NCBI RefSeq assembly: GCF_041956535.1
Contig: NW_027192211.1
Location: 92,469-156,468 of the forward strand
Length of the DNA stretch: 64,000 bases
Direction of reading: 5' to 3'
Source of the DNA: Calcarisporiella thermophila CBS 279.70
Taxonomy: Eukaryota > Fungi > Calcarisporiellomycota
Of this stretch, positions 50,678 through 63,793 are shown piece by piece. The notes under the pieces are model-generated. The model worked only from the letters and a program-made list of their open reading frames with translations. It ran no database searches and was not told where the DNA came from. Within the stretch, counting starts at the first letter, position 1. Each line of letters begins with the position of its first letter. The translations under genes and the position numbers were made by a program.

Positions 50678-53620
50678 TTATTCAGTTTTTCCCATGATTT
50701 CGCGCAAAAATGCATCTTGTTTAGGTTCTCTTCCCAAAAAGTCAACCAACATATCAATTGCATCTCTACTCATAATAAATGGAGAAACATTATTATTAAA
50801 GACAATACACTGAGAATGTGGTGCTGATTTTATAAGGTTTTGCACTGACCTACTCCCGCCTTTTTCCAAGATCTTGTATCTGTACTCAAGTCCCGAGACA
50901 TGGTCCATCGGATCCTTTTGGAATTTAGTGTAGAACATATCCGACGAGAAAACCTTAATAATATAGAATTAGTAAGTATGCTTATATTCTAAGGGGAACA
51001 GAGAGAATGAGCTTCAAGAAATACCGAGGAATAGAGATATCTATATATGTAAAAAAAAAATAAGCATTAGCTATTTAACATTATGAAAAAAAATGAAAAC
51101 ATAAAACTCACGAGTAATATGCAGAATCGTATCCACCCATAAGGTGACCAAATGATGCCTGCCCAAAGGTGCCTTTCATTGAAGGGATAAGGCGTACTTC
51201 CTCTCCAAGCTGATGCCAGAGGGCAGAGCTATCAATGTGCTCATCTTTGTGATAACATTGTAGAAATTAGCATATCACAGATTCACGGATTCGTTTAAAT
51301 TCTTACCACCGCTAGTGTGAAGATGCATATCATAGAGTGCAAAGAATAGCTGGTTTAAAATATTCATAGTTAAAATTAAATGCCTTACTTGGACCTCAAA
51401 GCGATGTCTACCTGTCTTAAATAGAAAAGCCCCGCGTTAACATGCTTCGCCTTAACGATATTATCCACGAGTTCCTCTGGAACAGGTTCACCCGTCTTAT
51501 AGTGAGTGGAGAGGTTCCTCAAGATATCATGCTGCCAGCACCACTATAACAAAAGGTTGCTCAGAAAATCAATTCCTATCTTCTCAATTATAAACTTACA
51601 TTTTCTAGCATCTGGGAAGGTGCCTCGACGAAGTCTCGTTCGACGCGAGTGCCATGGAATCGTGACCACTTGGTATTTCCACAAATTTGGTGCATTACAT
51701 GGCCCAGCTCGTGGAAGTAGGTTACTACCTCACTCTCATGCTTGAGAAGTGAAGGCTTTTCAGGAGTAGGCTTGGTGAAATTAGCCACCATAGCTGCGGC
51801 AGGATAGACACGCTCACCATTCTCACGTCGGAATCCCGGCCTGATCCCAAAACATGCAGCGTGTGAATCTATAATTTAACACTTGCCGATTAATGTGCGA
51901 AATTTTTAAGCCAAAGTAGTAACTACATTTTCCTTCACGAGGATGTAAATCAAGATATATATGTCCCATAAATTCTTTAGACTCAGTATTGTCATAAACC
52001 TCATACTGAACCACGTCTATATAAAGCGAGTTAGTAACTATAAAGGCAAGTCAATGAAATCATTAAGTTACCTGGATGCCAGGTCTTGGCCCTTTCTTTT
52101 GGCATCAAAACGAATCGCAATCCAAGAACTCGCTGGTAAATACCCAACATGCCTGCGAAACAAAGAATAAATTATCATCGATGAAAACTATATATATTTG
52201 TGTGAATCATCACCTTCAGTTACTTTCTCTAGGCTAAAATATTCTTTAATCGCCTCCTCATCTACAGAATATTCCTTTTCAAGCAACAGGCGATTATAGT
52301 ACTGGAAAATGAAATGTCAGTAAAGCTTCACAAAAAAAAAGCAAATTCAGTCACATACTAGATAATCCCAGTAGTTAATTTGATCATTGTTTCCAAGGCC
52401 ATTGGTAGAGGTCTCCTCCTTGAATTTAAAAATAAGCTTAGTATTTCAAAGCTAGTTCTTGCCATTCAAGGTACCTTTTTTAATCTTTTTAGTTTTTCCA
52501 ACTCTTCAATTCCTATCGGAGTCAATTTTTCTCTCAATTCGTTCAAAAACTGTATGTTATCAGGGTGTGAAAACAATAATTAAATGTGATAATGTAGATA
52601 TCGCCACAAATGAATACTTACCTTGAAAACATTCTCTACTGATTTTGCCATTCGAGGCTCCAATACAAAGCTCGCATGGGTTTCGTAGCCCAGCAACTAT
52701 TCAAATTCAAAGCATAGTAAATAGCAGATCTAGTCAAAATCAAAAATATAAGCCAACCTTTGCTGCTTTGCGTCGAATCTCAATGGCCTCTTCCAATATG
52801 GCTACATTATCTTTGCATTTCGTTTCGTTAGCACGCATCATCAACTCTCGCGTTTTTTCGTTCTTCGCGAATTTCATAACTGGAAAATATTCAGGATATT
52901 TCATGGTAAGTACATATTTTTCGCCCTGCTTCGGTAAGGACTCTAGGAAATCTTTTGGTAGCCCATCTAGTTGTTCCTCAGTAAAGAGAATGGTAGTGTT
53001 ATCCTCATTCATATTGCGGGAAAATTGGATAGAGAGATCTGATAGTCGCTTGCGTAATTCCTTCAGTTTTTCGCGATCCTCAACAGGGAGACCCAAACCA
53101 TTGCGCTTAAATTGTTGGTCAAGCTTATAAAGCAAACGAGCGTCCTCACCCTCAAGTGGCTCAGCCTTTTCTTTAACGTACTGCAGAGCTTTGTACAAGT
53201 CTTCGCGCATAGAAGATTCAATATCAAATTCCTGGAATAAAAACCCGCGTTAATTAATGATCTTATTGCGCGAGACTTTTTTTGAAAACATACATCTAGC
53301 ATCATCTGTGCTTGCACGCTTGATTCGCGTAATTCCTTATCGCTGCTAACGTTTTGCAAAAAACTAAAAACATTGGCATCGGTTGCGCTTTCGTCCTCAT
53401 TAATTGCTAAGACTTTCACAACAGTGTCAAAGGTACTATTATATCATTGCGAAGTAAGCCATTTGCGTAATTAGAATATCATTAATGGAATAAATTACCA
53501 TTGTTCGGGAGAGAGGTTCGCAACTTGATCCTGAACTAATTTCGCTTTTTCAATAAGTCTTCGAGCACCAGAAATGATTTCCTCACTGGTCAAATCAAAG
53601 TTAATAATTTGGTCGTTCAT
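50678..53620 (-). CDS. PRD1: Thimet oligopeptidase/saccharolysin (peptidase M3A), many exons
   Basis: [43 protein letters not shown] (HEXXH), [35 protein letters not shown]. Confidence 0.93.
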
Positions 53621-53930
53621 TTTAATTCAATGCTAATTAAAAGCCTTCCGCTATGAGTAGAGAGAGACGTGGTTAAATTTTTAGTGCTAATTTTCTGCAC
53701 CTTAAATTCCCTACTCACGTGTGCTCTGACATGTCATTTTAATAACCTAATGAATCCAACATAAGACGCTTTGCTATTTTCTTTATGCTAACAGTTCGAT
53801 TTACTGGAAAGATCCAACCTTTTATTATGCTATACTTTGAAACTCATGAGGCCTAATAACACTTGATGTATAGGAAAATATTCCTTGAACAGATGAAAAT
53901 GAATGGTAAAGACTCCTTTATAGAAAAAGT

Positions 53931-54806
53931 CTAATTGGCCTTCTCTGCGACATATTCGGAAGTCTCCTGCTTATTTTCCTTGCTGGAGCCTATTTTATTG
54001 CTGTCCTTGGAAACGTTCTTGCTATTCACGCCTTTCGACTGCTGGTTGCTCTTCTCTTCTGCAGTACGATTCTCATTTTTCTCATTGTTTCCCTTAGCTG
54101 ATACCCCTCCTTCATTTCGCTGTTCTCCGCCCCGCCCTTTACGTTCATTATTTCCCTTCCCCTTATTGCCTTCTTTATTGTTTTTCCTTCCATTTCCACC
54201 CTGATTAGCCTTTTCCCTGACATTCCTTTGTTTGCCCTCATTTCCCCTGGCCACTTCTCTTTCACCGCCATTGTTCTTCTGATCATTAACTTTTTGCCCT
54301 CCTTCGTTGCTGTTATTCCTCTGTTCATTAACTCGCTGTCTTCCCTCGTTCTGCCCCTGTGCAGCATCCTGGCTGCATTGCAGGATTTGAGTGACCAATT
54401 CAGTAAGTTTTCTGGAAGTTTGAGAATTCATCCTCGCAATATTCTCAAGCATCTTCCTGTTCTTCTTCCCACGAGTTTTACGCATGGTTTGGCGCATTTC
54501 CTCATTAAGCATCTTCTCGATTTCCCGTTGGACATTATTATTGTTGCGATTGTTCCTAGTACCACCGGTCTGGTTATTCTCTTGTTTTTTTTGTTGCTGT
54601 TTTTCATTCCTGCCGACAGATTTGTCTTTGGCCGAAGTTCCGGTTGCGACGGTTGTGTTGGAGGGGTTGCTATTGCCCTCTGAAATGGCGCGCGGAGAAA
54701 GAGAAAATCCGGATACAGTGTTGGCATGTAGACCATGTTCGCTCAAGGGTGTGGCCAGCACACTCGAAGAAACTACCAATAATCCGATAAGAGTAATGAA
54801 TTTCAT
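53931..54806 (-). CDS. Secreted low-complexity N/G/K/E/R-rich hypothetical protein (about 291 aa, single exon)
   Basis: Signal peptide MKFITLIGLLVVSSSVLA|TP from ATG 54806; the hydrophilic remainder has NEG-x-Q-x-VN repeats. Confidence 0.7.
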   Translation of the reverse strand: MKFITLIGLLVVSSSVLATPLSEHGLHANTVSGFSLSPRAISEGNSNPSNTTVATGTSAKDKSVGRNEKQQQKKQENNQTGGTRNNRNNNNVQREIEKMLNEEMRQTMRKTRGKKNRKMLENIARMNSQTSRKLTELVTQILQCSQDAAQGQNEGRQRVNEQRNNSNEGGQKVNDQKNNGGEREVARGNEGKQRNVREKANQGGNGRKNNKEGNKGKGNNERKGRGGEQRNEGGVSAKGNNEKNENRTAEEKSNQQSKGVNSKNVSKDSNKIGSSKENKQETSEYVAEKAN

Positions 54807-55395
54807 GATGAAACCTGGGAAATGAAAAGCGTTTGAAAATGAATGCAAAGATGTCGTTTTGAGCGCCTTTCTGCAATTTCCCGGGACAGTTATATAGTGT
54901 ACCAAATTCATGCATTAGATAACATGCGGTGATCAAAATTCAAAACCAATCAGTGTACTCTCCAAACTTCTTTGACCCCTTATTAATTTTGGATCTTCAA
55001 CCCTCAAAAAATAATTGCGCTTTTAATGGATATAGTCCACAAGATGCTAAGAGATATATACTCGTACTTCAGAAGACAAGTACGATAGTAATATCTGATT
55101 AAACCATTCAATTATACTTTCCCACAAAAAATTAGAAAACTAGCCCTACGATTTATAGATAAGTGCTAATTAATGAATTAATTACAAGATAGCAAAGAAA
55201 AATAAAATCATCATTGGTTTTTTCTAGAGAGTATTAAAGAGTCGTAGAAGGATATCTTGCATGTTACGATACAGAGCAGGTATTAACAGGATAGGAGATC
55301 AGTGGAAATTTCTCAGTTTATAGAAAAATTCTTAATAAGGAGGCTATCAACTAAGCCTTTAATCCAATTATACTAAGCTTAATTTCCAACCCAAG

Positions 55396-55901
55396 GTGCA
55401 AGCTTTGAATTCTCCTTGCACCAATCTGAACTTTCACACTAATATAGATGATGTAAGTATATTAAATATTTCCACGCCAACCGAAACCTCCCCTTGAAAA
55501 ATTTACATCCTTATTCATTTTCTAATTGAATATCTATCAAAGAAGAGTATTTTGGTTCTCAATACGAATCGTTTCCTGACGAGGGATAGTCCATTGTAAT
55601 AACGTTACATGCTCTTCTATCTTATTGACACTACGAATTTCCAAGGAGAAACTGGGTACTTCTAGCCCTTTTCACTCACAGAATACTATTTGCTCTAATC
55701 GAATGTAAGGAAAACGAATATCTTTTCCCAAATTACACCCAGAACAATCTGGGGTACACTACCAGCTATTCTCCTGATGACTCAAGTGCTACAATCCACT
55801 GTACTAATACCCAATATCACACGACACATTTGCTGCGCAGATTGAAAAAGGCTTTGCACTTAATACAGCGGTTCTCAGCAGCTGCCTGTTTATGGAGTTA
55901 A
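55396..55901 (+). CDS. Possible unannotated micro-exon gene (3' four exons); 5' end unresolved
   Basis: Exons 55396-55452, 55543-55595, 55646-55655 and 55710-55901 are joined by GT-AG introns of 90, 50 and 54 nt and stay in one open frame to TAA. Confidence 0.3.
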
Positions 55902-56212
55902 TTCTGAAATATTTCTTCAACCTTCTAAATCTACGATACATACTGTATACAAATGGATACACAGTTATTTAAATACCGCCAACTACTTTTTCTAGCTTAT
56001 AACTTAGGATATTGCGTACCTACAAATTATGATCAGAGATGTTGAATGCGGGGGTTAAACTTTTGAACTAAGTGCATTCGCTTGTAGCGCGAAAATTCTC
56101 TTCCTTTATACCCATCCGAGATTTAAATACTCTTCTGGATAAGCCACTCAATTATTATATTTAAACTTAATTTGGAGTGGCAACTAAGCAAAGCAGCTTT
56201 CTCAGAGCAATC

Positions 56213-58423
56213 ATGAAGCAGATAACAATTTCCCCGATTAACCAACAGCCTTACGTTGAAAGATCCTATCTTACCACCGATGAAATAAATGAAGCCGTGG
56301 AGCGTAGCAAAACTGCTTTTCTTGGCTGGAAGAAGACTCCCTTAGCTGAAAGAATCCAGATAGTGGAAAGATTTATCCAGATTCTAGGCTCTCAAAAAGA
56401 TGAGATAGCTAAAGAACTTGCTCTACAGATGGGAAGGTGAGTTTGTACATTCCAGCGCCTTTTTTTTCGTATTGACATGACTTCCTTTAGACCTGTTAAA
56501 TTTGGTGGTGGTGAAATTAATGGCACAATTGAGCGTGCAGCCTACATGGCATCTATTGCAGAGGAGAGTCTAAAAGATATTGAGTTTATGGATACTTCGA
56601 AGCCAAGCTTCAAAAGGTTCATCCGTAGAGAACCCTTAGGTAAATTTAGTGTTTATTCTGTTGCTAACGTTATATTAATAATATCAAATCTTAACTACTT
56701 AGGAGTCGTCCTAATCATCGCCGTAAGCATCTTAATATATTAGACATAATATTTTGTAATTGGGAACTTAAATTCTAGATAATTAAAATTAGGCGTGGAA
56801 TTATCCTTACTTGGTAGCTGGTATGTTCTCTTTAAACCATTTTTCAATACAAAACTTATCCTTCTTCTTTCAGTGAATGGGGTTATTCCCGCCCTTTTGG
56901 CTGGGAATACCGTTATCCTTAAACATTCCCCGCATACTCCTCTATGTGCTGAGCGCTTCCTCTCGTGCTTCCAGCAAGCAGGTCTTCCTGATGGAGTGCT
57001 TCAGGTATACCTACTTTGAATTTTCCTTTTCTAAGCTGTAGTTTAACTCACTTTTTTTGGCTCTAGATCTTTCATATTACTAATGAAGATACTGAACTGT
57101 TAATTCAACATCCGGCTGTGGCCCATGTCAACTTTACTGGCTCTGTTGCTACTGGGCAAAAAGTTCAGAGGGCAGCTAGCTCGAAGTTTATGGGTGAATA
57201 TTCATTACGTCATCATCTTACTAAATTTTATAAACGAATAAATTTTTTACGTAGGTGTTGGTTTGGAGCTTGGTGGGAAAGATCCAGCCTATGTGCTTAG
57301 TGATTGTGACATAGATTATACCGTGGAACAATTAGTAGACGGATCATTTTTCAATTCGGGGCAATCGTGTTGCGCTATCGAAAGGATATATGTCCATGAA
57401 AATGTATACAACGAATTTATTGAGAAGTTTGTCGCCTTGGCTAAAGTAGCTAAATCCGTAGTCACTTTTTTACGTTTCCATGGTTAATTCGTCCTCTATA
57501 TTATAGACATATAAACTGGGTGATCCACTTGACCCCACAACTACGCTTGGACCAATGGTTCGCACTTCGATTGCTGAAAATGTTCGTGAGCATATTAGGG
57601 ATGCAGGTTTGTATTCTTTTATTATTATGTTTCGCATTTTAGAGAGTTTTTTTTTTTTTGAAATTAACATTTGAAATCCATGTTCATAGTTGCGAAAGGT
57701 GCAGAAGCCTTAATCGATATTGAAAAGCTCTACCCTCAAGATCGTCCAGGCACTACTTACGTTGCACCCCAAGTACTTGTTAATGTCAATCATAATATGA
57801 AGGTGATGAGCGAAGAGGTAAGCAATTTTGTAGTTGAGTCAAATATCCTGTTGAAATAATCTTGCTTCTCGTTATTATTATATAGACATTTGGTCCTGTT
57901 GTAGGGATTATGAAGGTAATCTATTTTCCTTGAGATTTCACAATACCTATTTGACTAGATGTCCACGTTAGGTTTCAACGGATGATGAAGCTATAAAACT
58001 AATGAATGACTCGCCTTATGGGTTGACTGCCTCCATTTGGACGCGTGATGAAGAAAATGCGCTTCGCATAGCTGAGCAACTAGATACTGGCACCTGTTTT
58101 ATGAATCGATGTGACTATTTAGATCCCTGCTTGGCTTGGGTTGGAGTGAAAAATTCGGTTAGTAAATCTTAATATCCTTAATAGTAATCTGTTATTAACT
58201 AATATTGATTTGTTCATCAGGGTCGTGGATGTACACTGTCAAAGGTAATGCGTGTGTTTTATTTATTCCAGCATAAATATTCTAACATTTCTATTTTCTT
58301 AGCTTGGATACGAAAGTCTTACCAGGTAAGAATTAAAGTGGTAATAAATTTTTTATTTTTAAAATTGCTTAATTTTTGTTTAATTACAGGCCTAAATCTT
58401 ATCATTTCAAGATTATATCTTGA
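56213..58423 (+). CDS. Aldehyde dehydrogenase, many short exons
   Basis: ITISP, LALQMGRP, RREPLGVVLIIAAWNYP, ILKHSPHTP, FTGSVATG, LELGGKDPAYV, FFNSGQSCCAIERIYVH, EETFGPV, MNDSPYGLTASIWT. Confidence 0.95.
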
Positions 58424-58600
58424 TCAATCTATTTTACACTGTGACATTTGGTATTGTCTCCTGGTTTAAACGATCTCTATAGGGAAACCAATTTCTATTA
58501 CACAATACCTTTTTTCTTATATTAATAAAGAGTCAAGTTTGGTAGAAAAGAAATTGCAGCAAAATATTTATTATTGGTTTCAGCTATGATCGTATGCACT

Positions 58601-60112
58601 TTATACTACGTATTGCCAAATTCTAACAACCCCATCATCACCTGCGGAAGCCAACCAGTATCCGTAGCCATTGGTTGAATCATCAGATTTTTCTGTGCTT
58701 ACAGGTTGAGATTGGTACCACGCAACACAATTAACATCGCTAACATTGTGGGCATTCTCAACTTTAGCAGACAATACGTACGATAGTCTATTAGCTTCGG
58801 TATCTCGGTCCGTTTCCTAAATCACGAAAAGAACGATCGATTGGTTGCGATATAGCTGAAGAAAAAAATAGCAATAAAAACTCACCTGCTTTTGTTCAAA
58901 TACACAGATAGAGTTGTCGCCGCCAGCAGTAGCAATACAGTTATGAAGTTTGCTCCAACTTATTGAATAAATACAACGCTGATGCGCATTGGGCAAGACT
59001 CCAACACAAAGCCATTTTCCTTCTCTATCGACCTTTCCATATTGATGCTGCCAGAATCGAATGCTCCTATCGTCGCTTGCAGAAACTTAATGGATATTAT
59101 ACAGAATTTTATTAACATAAAGTAGTAATTAGGTAATGTCAACCAATTTCTTACCAAGATATTCCCCGGTTTTGTTAAAATCAATTGACCACACAGTTGA
59201 TTCATGGCCTTCAAGGGTGTGTGCACAATACCAGTCATCATCATCCTCTTCCCAAATTTTGATAGTATCATCGTAACTTGCAGAAGCAAGTATCTAAGAA
59301 TTTCAAGTAATCAAATTAATGCAGTCAGTATATTTATAGATGATTTTCGAAAACAAGCTTTACAACCTCTTTATTTGGATGCCAAATCACTGCCTTAACG
59401 TCCTGTTTGTGCTCTTGGAGTACGCTCAAGCACTCAAAATCATCGTCACGATTTGCTGAAAATAACATAAAATTAAACTCATATAAATAGAATTCCTAAA
59501 TATATATTTACCCTCCCAAATCCATACACTTTTATCACGACTGCATGTTGCTAAAAGATCCCCTGTTGGAGACCATGCAACACTCTTTGTTTCATTTTCA
59601 TGGCCCTCCAAGGTTGCCGTGCATTCATATTCTTCATAAATCGTCAAATATATATATATATATATATAGATATTGATATTAAAAATATAAAAAATACCTC
59701 CGGAGCGGGTATCCTTGCTCCATATTCCAGTTGTAGCGTCAAAACTAGCTGTTGCAATCTCATTCCCTGATGGTGACCATGCAACGGCTCGAATTGTTCT
59801 CTTATGAACACTCTCCAAAGTTGCAATGCACGCCCATTTAGTTGGAGCTGGTCCCGGTGATAGGGGTGCCCACAATCTTACAGTACGATCGCTCGAGCAA
59901 GATGCAAGCAGCTGCTCTTTAGGATGCCAAGAGACCTGCCACACACGATCTTGATGCCCTGTAAAATTATTTTAAAGAATTAGCAAGTATTAAGAGATAT
60001 TTTATTATTGTGCTTTACGAAAACTATTCACTCTATAAATTTTTATAGGGTGAATATATATATTTTATCATGATCTACCCTTTAACTCTGCGATTAATTC
60101 GAGCCGCGGCAT
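58601..60112 (-). CDS. CIA1: Cytosolic iron-sulfur assembly WD40 protein Cia1
   Basis: [83 protein letters not shown]. Confidence 0.95.
59648..59668. repeat. (AT)n microsatellite in a CIA1 intron
   Basis: About 10 AT units. Confidence 0.9.
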
Positions 60113-60229
60113 TAATTAATTATATTGCGAAAATATGGTGAAATATTATTTTGAAGTTAGATTGAAATTTAATTGACGGCAGTCAAAAATCGCACCTCGA
60201 GTATCCAACACTTTCTTTTCCAATATACG

Positions 60230-61473
60230 ATGTCATCTATTTTAAGCACAAAGCAGTCAGAATCAGCAGATATCCCTATGTCAATATCCTCACATTCTCC
60301 TCCACCTCCACCCCCACCCATCTCTTCGCTTAGTGTTCCCAAGGCAATTACTTTAATGCGAGATTTGTCACAAATGCTTTGCTTGTGAGATTTTGAAACA
60401 AAAAGAGAATAATATAATAATATTATACTGATTTTTATCCTTGGCTATAGATCACATGAAGCATATGGCACCGCATTAACTTACTTTCATCAGTACCATA
60501 GCTTCATGGAAAAAGAATCGATTCGTGAATATCCACATCCTAGTCCCTTTTTACTTGATGATGAGGTAAGAATGTCACTTAAAATGCACTCTATACCCTC
60601 TAATAATATCAATATATCAGGTGCTTGCAATGGCATGCGTTCAACTTGCTTGTAAAAAGACAGATGCTCAGCGAAAAATAAGAGACGTGATTAACGTTGC
60701 ACATTTGTACGTTTTTTTTTTCTTATTCTATATCATCTCTTATTACTTATTTATTTATTGCCCTTTCTCAACCTTCTAGTCTTCTATGTCCAGATCAAGA
60801 ACCCATTGATCTTGGCCAACATTATTGGACGCTAAGAGATTCTATATCCACTGCTGAGCTTATTTTACAGCGAGCGCTTCATTTTCATCACAATTTTGAA
60901 CTACCATTTGGGTGGGCTTTACGTGTGGTAAAGGGTCTAGCAGCTATTGGACTATTACAAGAGAGAAAAGCGGGAAAACTCTCCTTAACAAATGGGCATA
61001 ATCAAACAGAATCAGAAGAAGGTATAAACACTTGCTAATGTCTTCTTTACTCAATTAAATAATTATTTTTTTAGTAAAAGATATACACCCACGGTGTGCA
61101 GCGATTGCCCATTTGACATGGACATTCATCAGTGATAGTTTATGTCTGAGAGAAGTCTCACTATCTTTTAATCACAAAGTGATAGCACTTTCCTGTGTCT
61201 ATTTAGCCCTCCGTGCCGTAGAAATTGATCTTCCTCCACCAGGAAATTTTAATGAAGTAAGTAGTTCGCAAAGTATTTTTGAATTAGAAAATATTTATTC
61301 AATTTATAAAACTAGTGGTGTGCTGAATGGAGTGAAGGTGAGGCAAATCCTGAGAGCGTCAAGAGTAAGCAAGACAATTTTTTTCCTTTGCGAATATAAT
61401 GCATTGATTACTTGTATTAGGTTGTACCGAGATTATTATCGATATGTACAAAGCATCGCAGAGTCCTAGATAG
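60230..61473 (+). CDS. Transcriptional cyclin, cyclin Q/M (FAM58/CCNQ)-like
   Basis: TALTYFHQY, AMACVQLACK.TDAQRKIRDVINV, EPIDLGQHYWTLRDSISTAELILQRALHF, AHLTWTFISDS, IALSCVYLAL. Confidence 0.75.
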
Positions 61474-62049
61474 GATTTTCTTTATCATTTATATATATTG
61501 TTAATTTGTATAGAATCTATATATTCTTTGAAGAGTAGATAAAAGTAATTGTTGAAGATTTCCGTATAGTAATGAAATAAAATAGCTGACGTTTGTAAAA
61601 TTATTGAATTATCATAGAAAAAAAATAATTGGATTAGAAAAATTAAAAAAATGAATTTGACAAAATATTAAAAATTGTAAAATTTTAAAATTTTTGAAAA
61701 TATTTACATAATTTTATCAAATCAATTTTATGTTAATAGCATTTATTAATATTATTCGAATTTCAGCATGAAACTGGTAAGAAAAAAAATGTTCAGAATA
61801 AACACAATAGAAACTGTTTTATTGAGGAATAGTGTAGTAATTATCTAATAAAAAATTTTATGGTATATATTTTTTCTAGGTATATAGGTATAAATATTCT
61901 TTTATATTTAATAGTATTTAATACATTGTTTTATAAATATCGCATCTCTTTTTTATTATCAAGCATTTTATTCGTTCCTTTAGGTACTGCTCTCATTGTA
62001 ATGTATAAATTATGATTAATTGGTATGTAGTATAATAGGAGATATATTT

Positions 62050-62967
62050 CTATCTAAGTTTAAAAGTGTAATAATTGTTTCCGATTTTGCACTCCAACTC
62101 TTCCACAGTAAACCAAAATTCACACAAAGATTCTTCAAACTCGGGAGCAAGAATATTGCGAACAAACTCTTCGGTAATAGGTGAGCTTTCTCCGCCTAAT
62201 GCCCAAGCTATGCTGGTATGAAAGCGCGGCTTCGTATAGAATCCAGGTTGTTTATACTTTGAAAGCATTTCGTCCACTATCGAGAGACAAGAGGATAGGT
62301 CGTCGAATCCACTACCAACTTCAAGACCTATAAACGATCTCGTTTTCTCGTCATTAACAAAGCAGGATAAGCGAGTAAAATTAATGGAAAAGCGGCCTTT
62401 TCGTTCAAGTGGTTTCCGGAGAGAGCGCACAAAAGGTTCTATTTGGAACTGCTTGAGAAATACACATCGCGATAGGCTAATGTGAAGAGAATTATTCACA
62501 TCCTTATTATTCCGAATCTCTTTCTTTTCCTCGGCTTCTATAATTTCTGTTGATTCATCATATCCTCCTATTAGAGAATGAATTGAAGCTGATGTATTCT
62601 GTGCTCTTTCTACAACTAGGTGTAGGTGATCCAAAGCATCCGGTTGTAGTCGAATTTTGGCATAAACATGCGTTGCCCAGTTTCCTTCAACAAACGGCAC
62701 AGATCGTATCCTACCTTGATGCAGTGCAGGATCATCTAATTTCCTTCTATCTCTATCACTAAAGATATTCAAGAAATTGGCCGGAAGTGGCGGGAGCTTC
62801 TTACTCGGAGCCTTTGTGGAAGATTTCGCCAGGTCTTCTTGCCTTGAGGATTCGGTGGTCTGTGCAATATCGTTACTGTCTTCATCTTGTTCTAATTTCC
62901 GCTTACAACCTTGTTGTGCTCTATCGCTGGATTTTTTAGTAGCGTTATTATCATGATCGTTGAGCAT
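62050..62967 (-). CDS. USB1: U6 snRNA 3' phosphodiesterase Usb1/Mpn1 (2H family)
   Basis: DDPALHQGRIRSVPFVEGNWATHVY, LHISLSR and FHTSIAW (two HxS motifs), NDEKTRSF, CKIGN. Start at Met 62967 is inferred. Confidence 0.93.
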   Translation of the reverse strand: MLNDHDNNATKKSSDRAQQGCKRKLEQDEDSNDIAQTTESSRQEDLAKSSTKAPSKKLPPLPANFLNIFSDRDRRKLDDPALHQGRIRSVPFVEGNWATHVYAKIRLQPDALDHLHLVVERAQNTSASIHSLIGGYDESTEIIEAEEKKEIRNNKDVNNSLHISLSRCVFLKQFQIEPFVRSLRKPLERKGRFSINFTRLSCFVNDEKTRSFIGLEVGSGFDDLSSCLSIVDEMLSKYKQPGFYTKPRFHTSIAWALGGESSPITEEFVRNILAPEFEESLCEFWFTVEELECKIGNNYYTFKLR

Positions 62968-63056
62968 TATTTCCAAGTGAAAAAATAAAAAAAAAATACA
63001 TACGCCACATAAATTGACAAAAAAGTTGTAAATTATTTGATAATAAACTCTTAACA

Positions 63057-63621
63057 ATGTCATTACCGCAGTTAGACTTCCTTCAAACAGCCAACGCCAT
63101 TTCGTTGGTAATCAGTATTACTAACCAAGAGAAAGCAATGGTGCATACGATTTTTGAGCGTCGGGAGGTGCGATTAGAGGTTTTAAATTGTGCTATTAAA
63201 GTACAAACATTACGTGAATCAGAAAGTTTTATTCCAGAAAAATGTCAATGTCGCGTCTCTGGTGAAAATATTGTGCTTAAACTTGCTAAACAGTCTGAGG
63301 GAGAATGGGAAAACATTAAAATCGAGAATATCAATTCTGGTCTAACCAAAATATGTACATTTTTAACTGAGCGTGCTATCAAGAATATTGTTGAAATCGC
63401 GAATAAGTCTACTTTTTGGGTAATATGTTCACTCATCGCAATAGTACAAGATTATTTTAACTCTTTTTCTCTTTAAAAAACGATAGGAAAACAAATCTGT
63501 TGAGATGTTGTCAATCGATTCTAACGATAGTAGTAATACTATTATCATAAAACAAAAAAATCCAAGCCAAACGAGTAATATTGAAGAGCTTGAACGTGGA
63601 GTGGGCAGTATTCAATTATAG
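63057..63621 (+). CDS. Small CS/p23-domain (HSP20-like co-chaperone) protein, 2 exons
   Basis: PQLDFLQT..AISLVISI...FIPEKCQCRV..ENIVLKLAK..EGEWENI matches the CS-domain pattern. Intron about 63420-63487; TAG at 63619-63621. Confidence 0.6.
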
Positions 63622-63793
63622 TAGTTTTGATATCATGTAGATAGTCTTTTTTATTGTACAAGTCTTTGTCAATACCCCTAGTAAAGAATTTTATTAATCT
63701 AAAATCAAATGACCTTCAGCTATGCGAAAACTAAGCAGTTTATTATATTTTGCATTCATCAATTGGATAGAATTCCATATAGCAAGTCATTCA

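Noticed and set aside
61474-62049. Very AT-rich stretch as a possible origin, centromere or transposon relic
   Set aside because: It lies between convergent genes and has no repeats or terminal inverted repeats; consistent with 3'UTRs and terminators.
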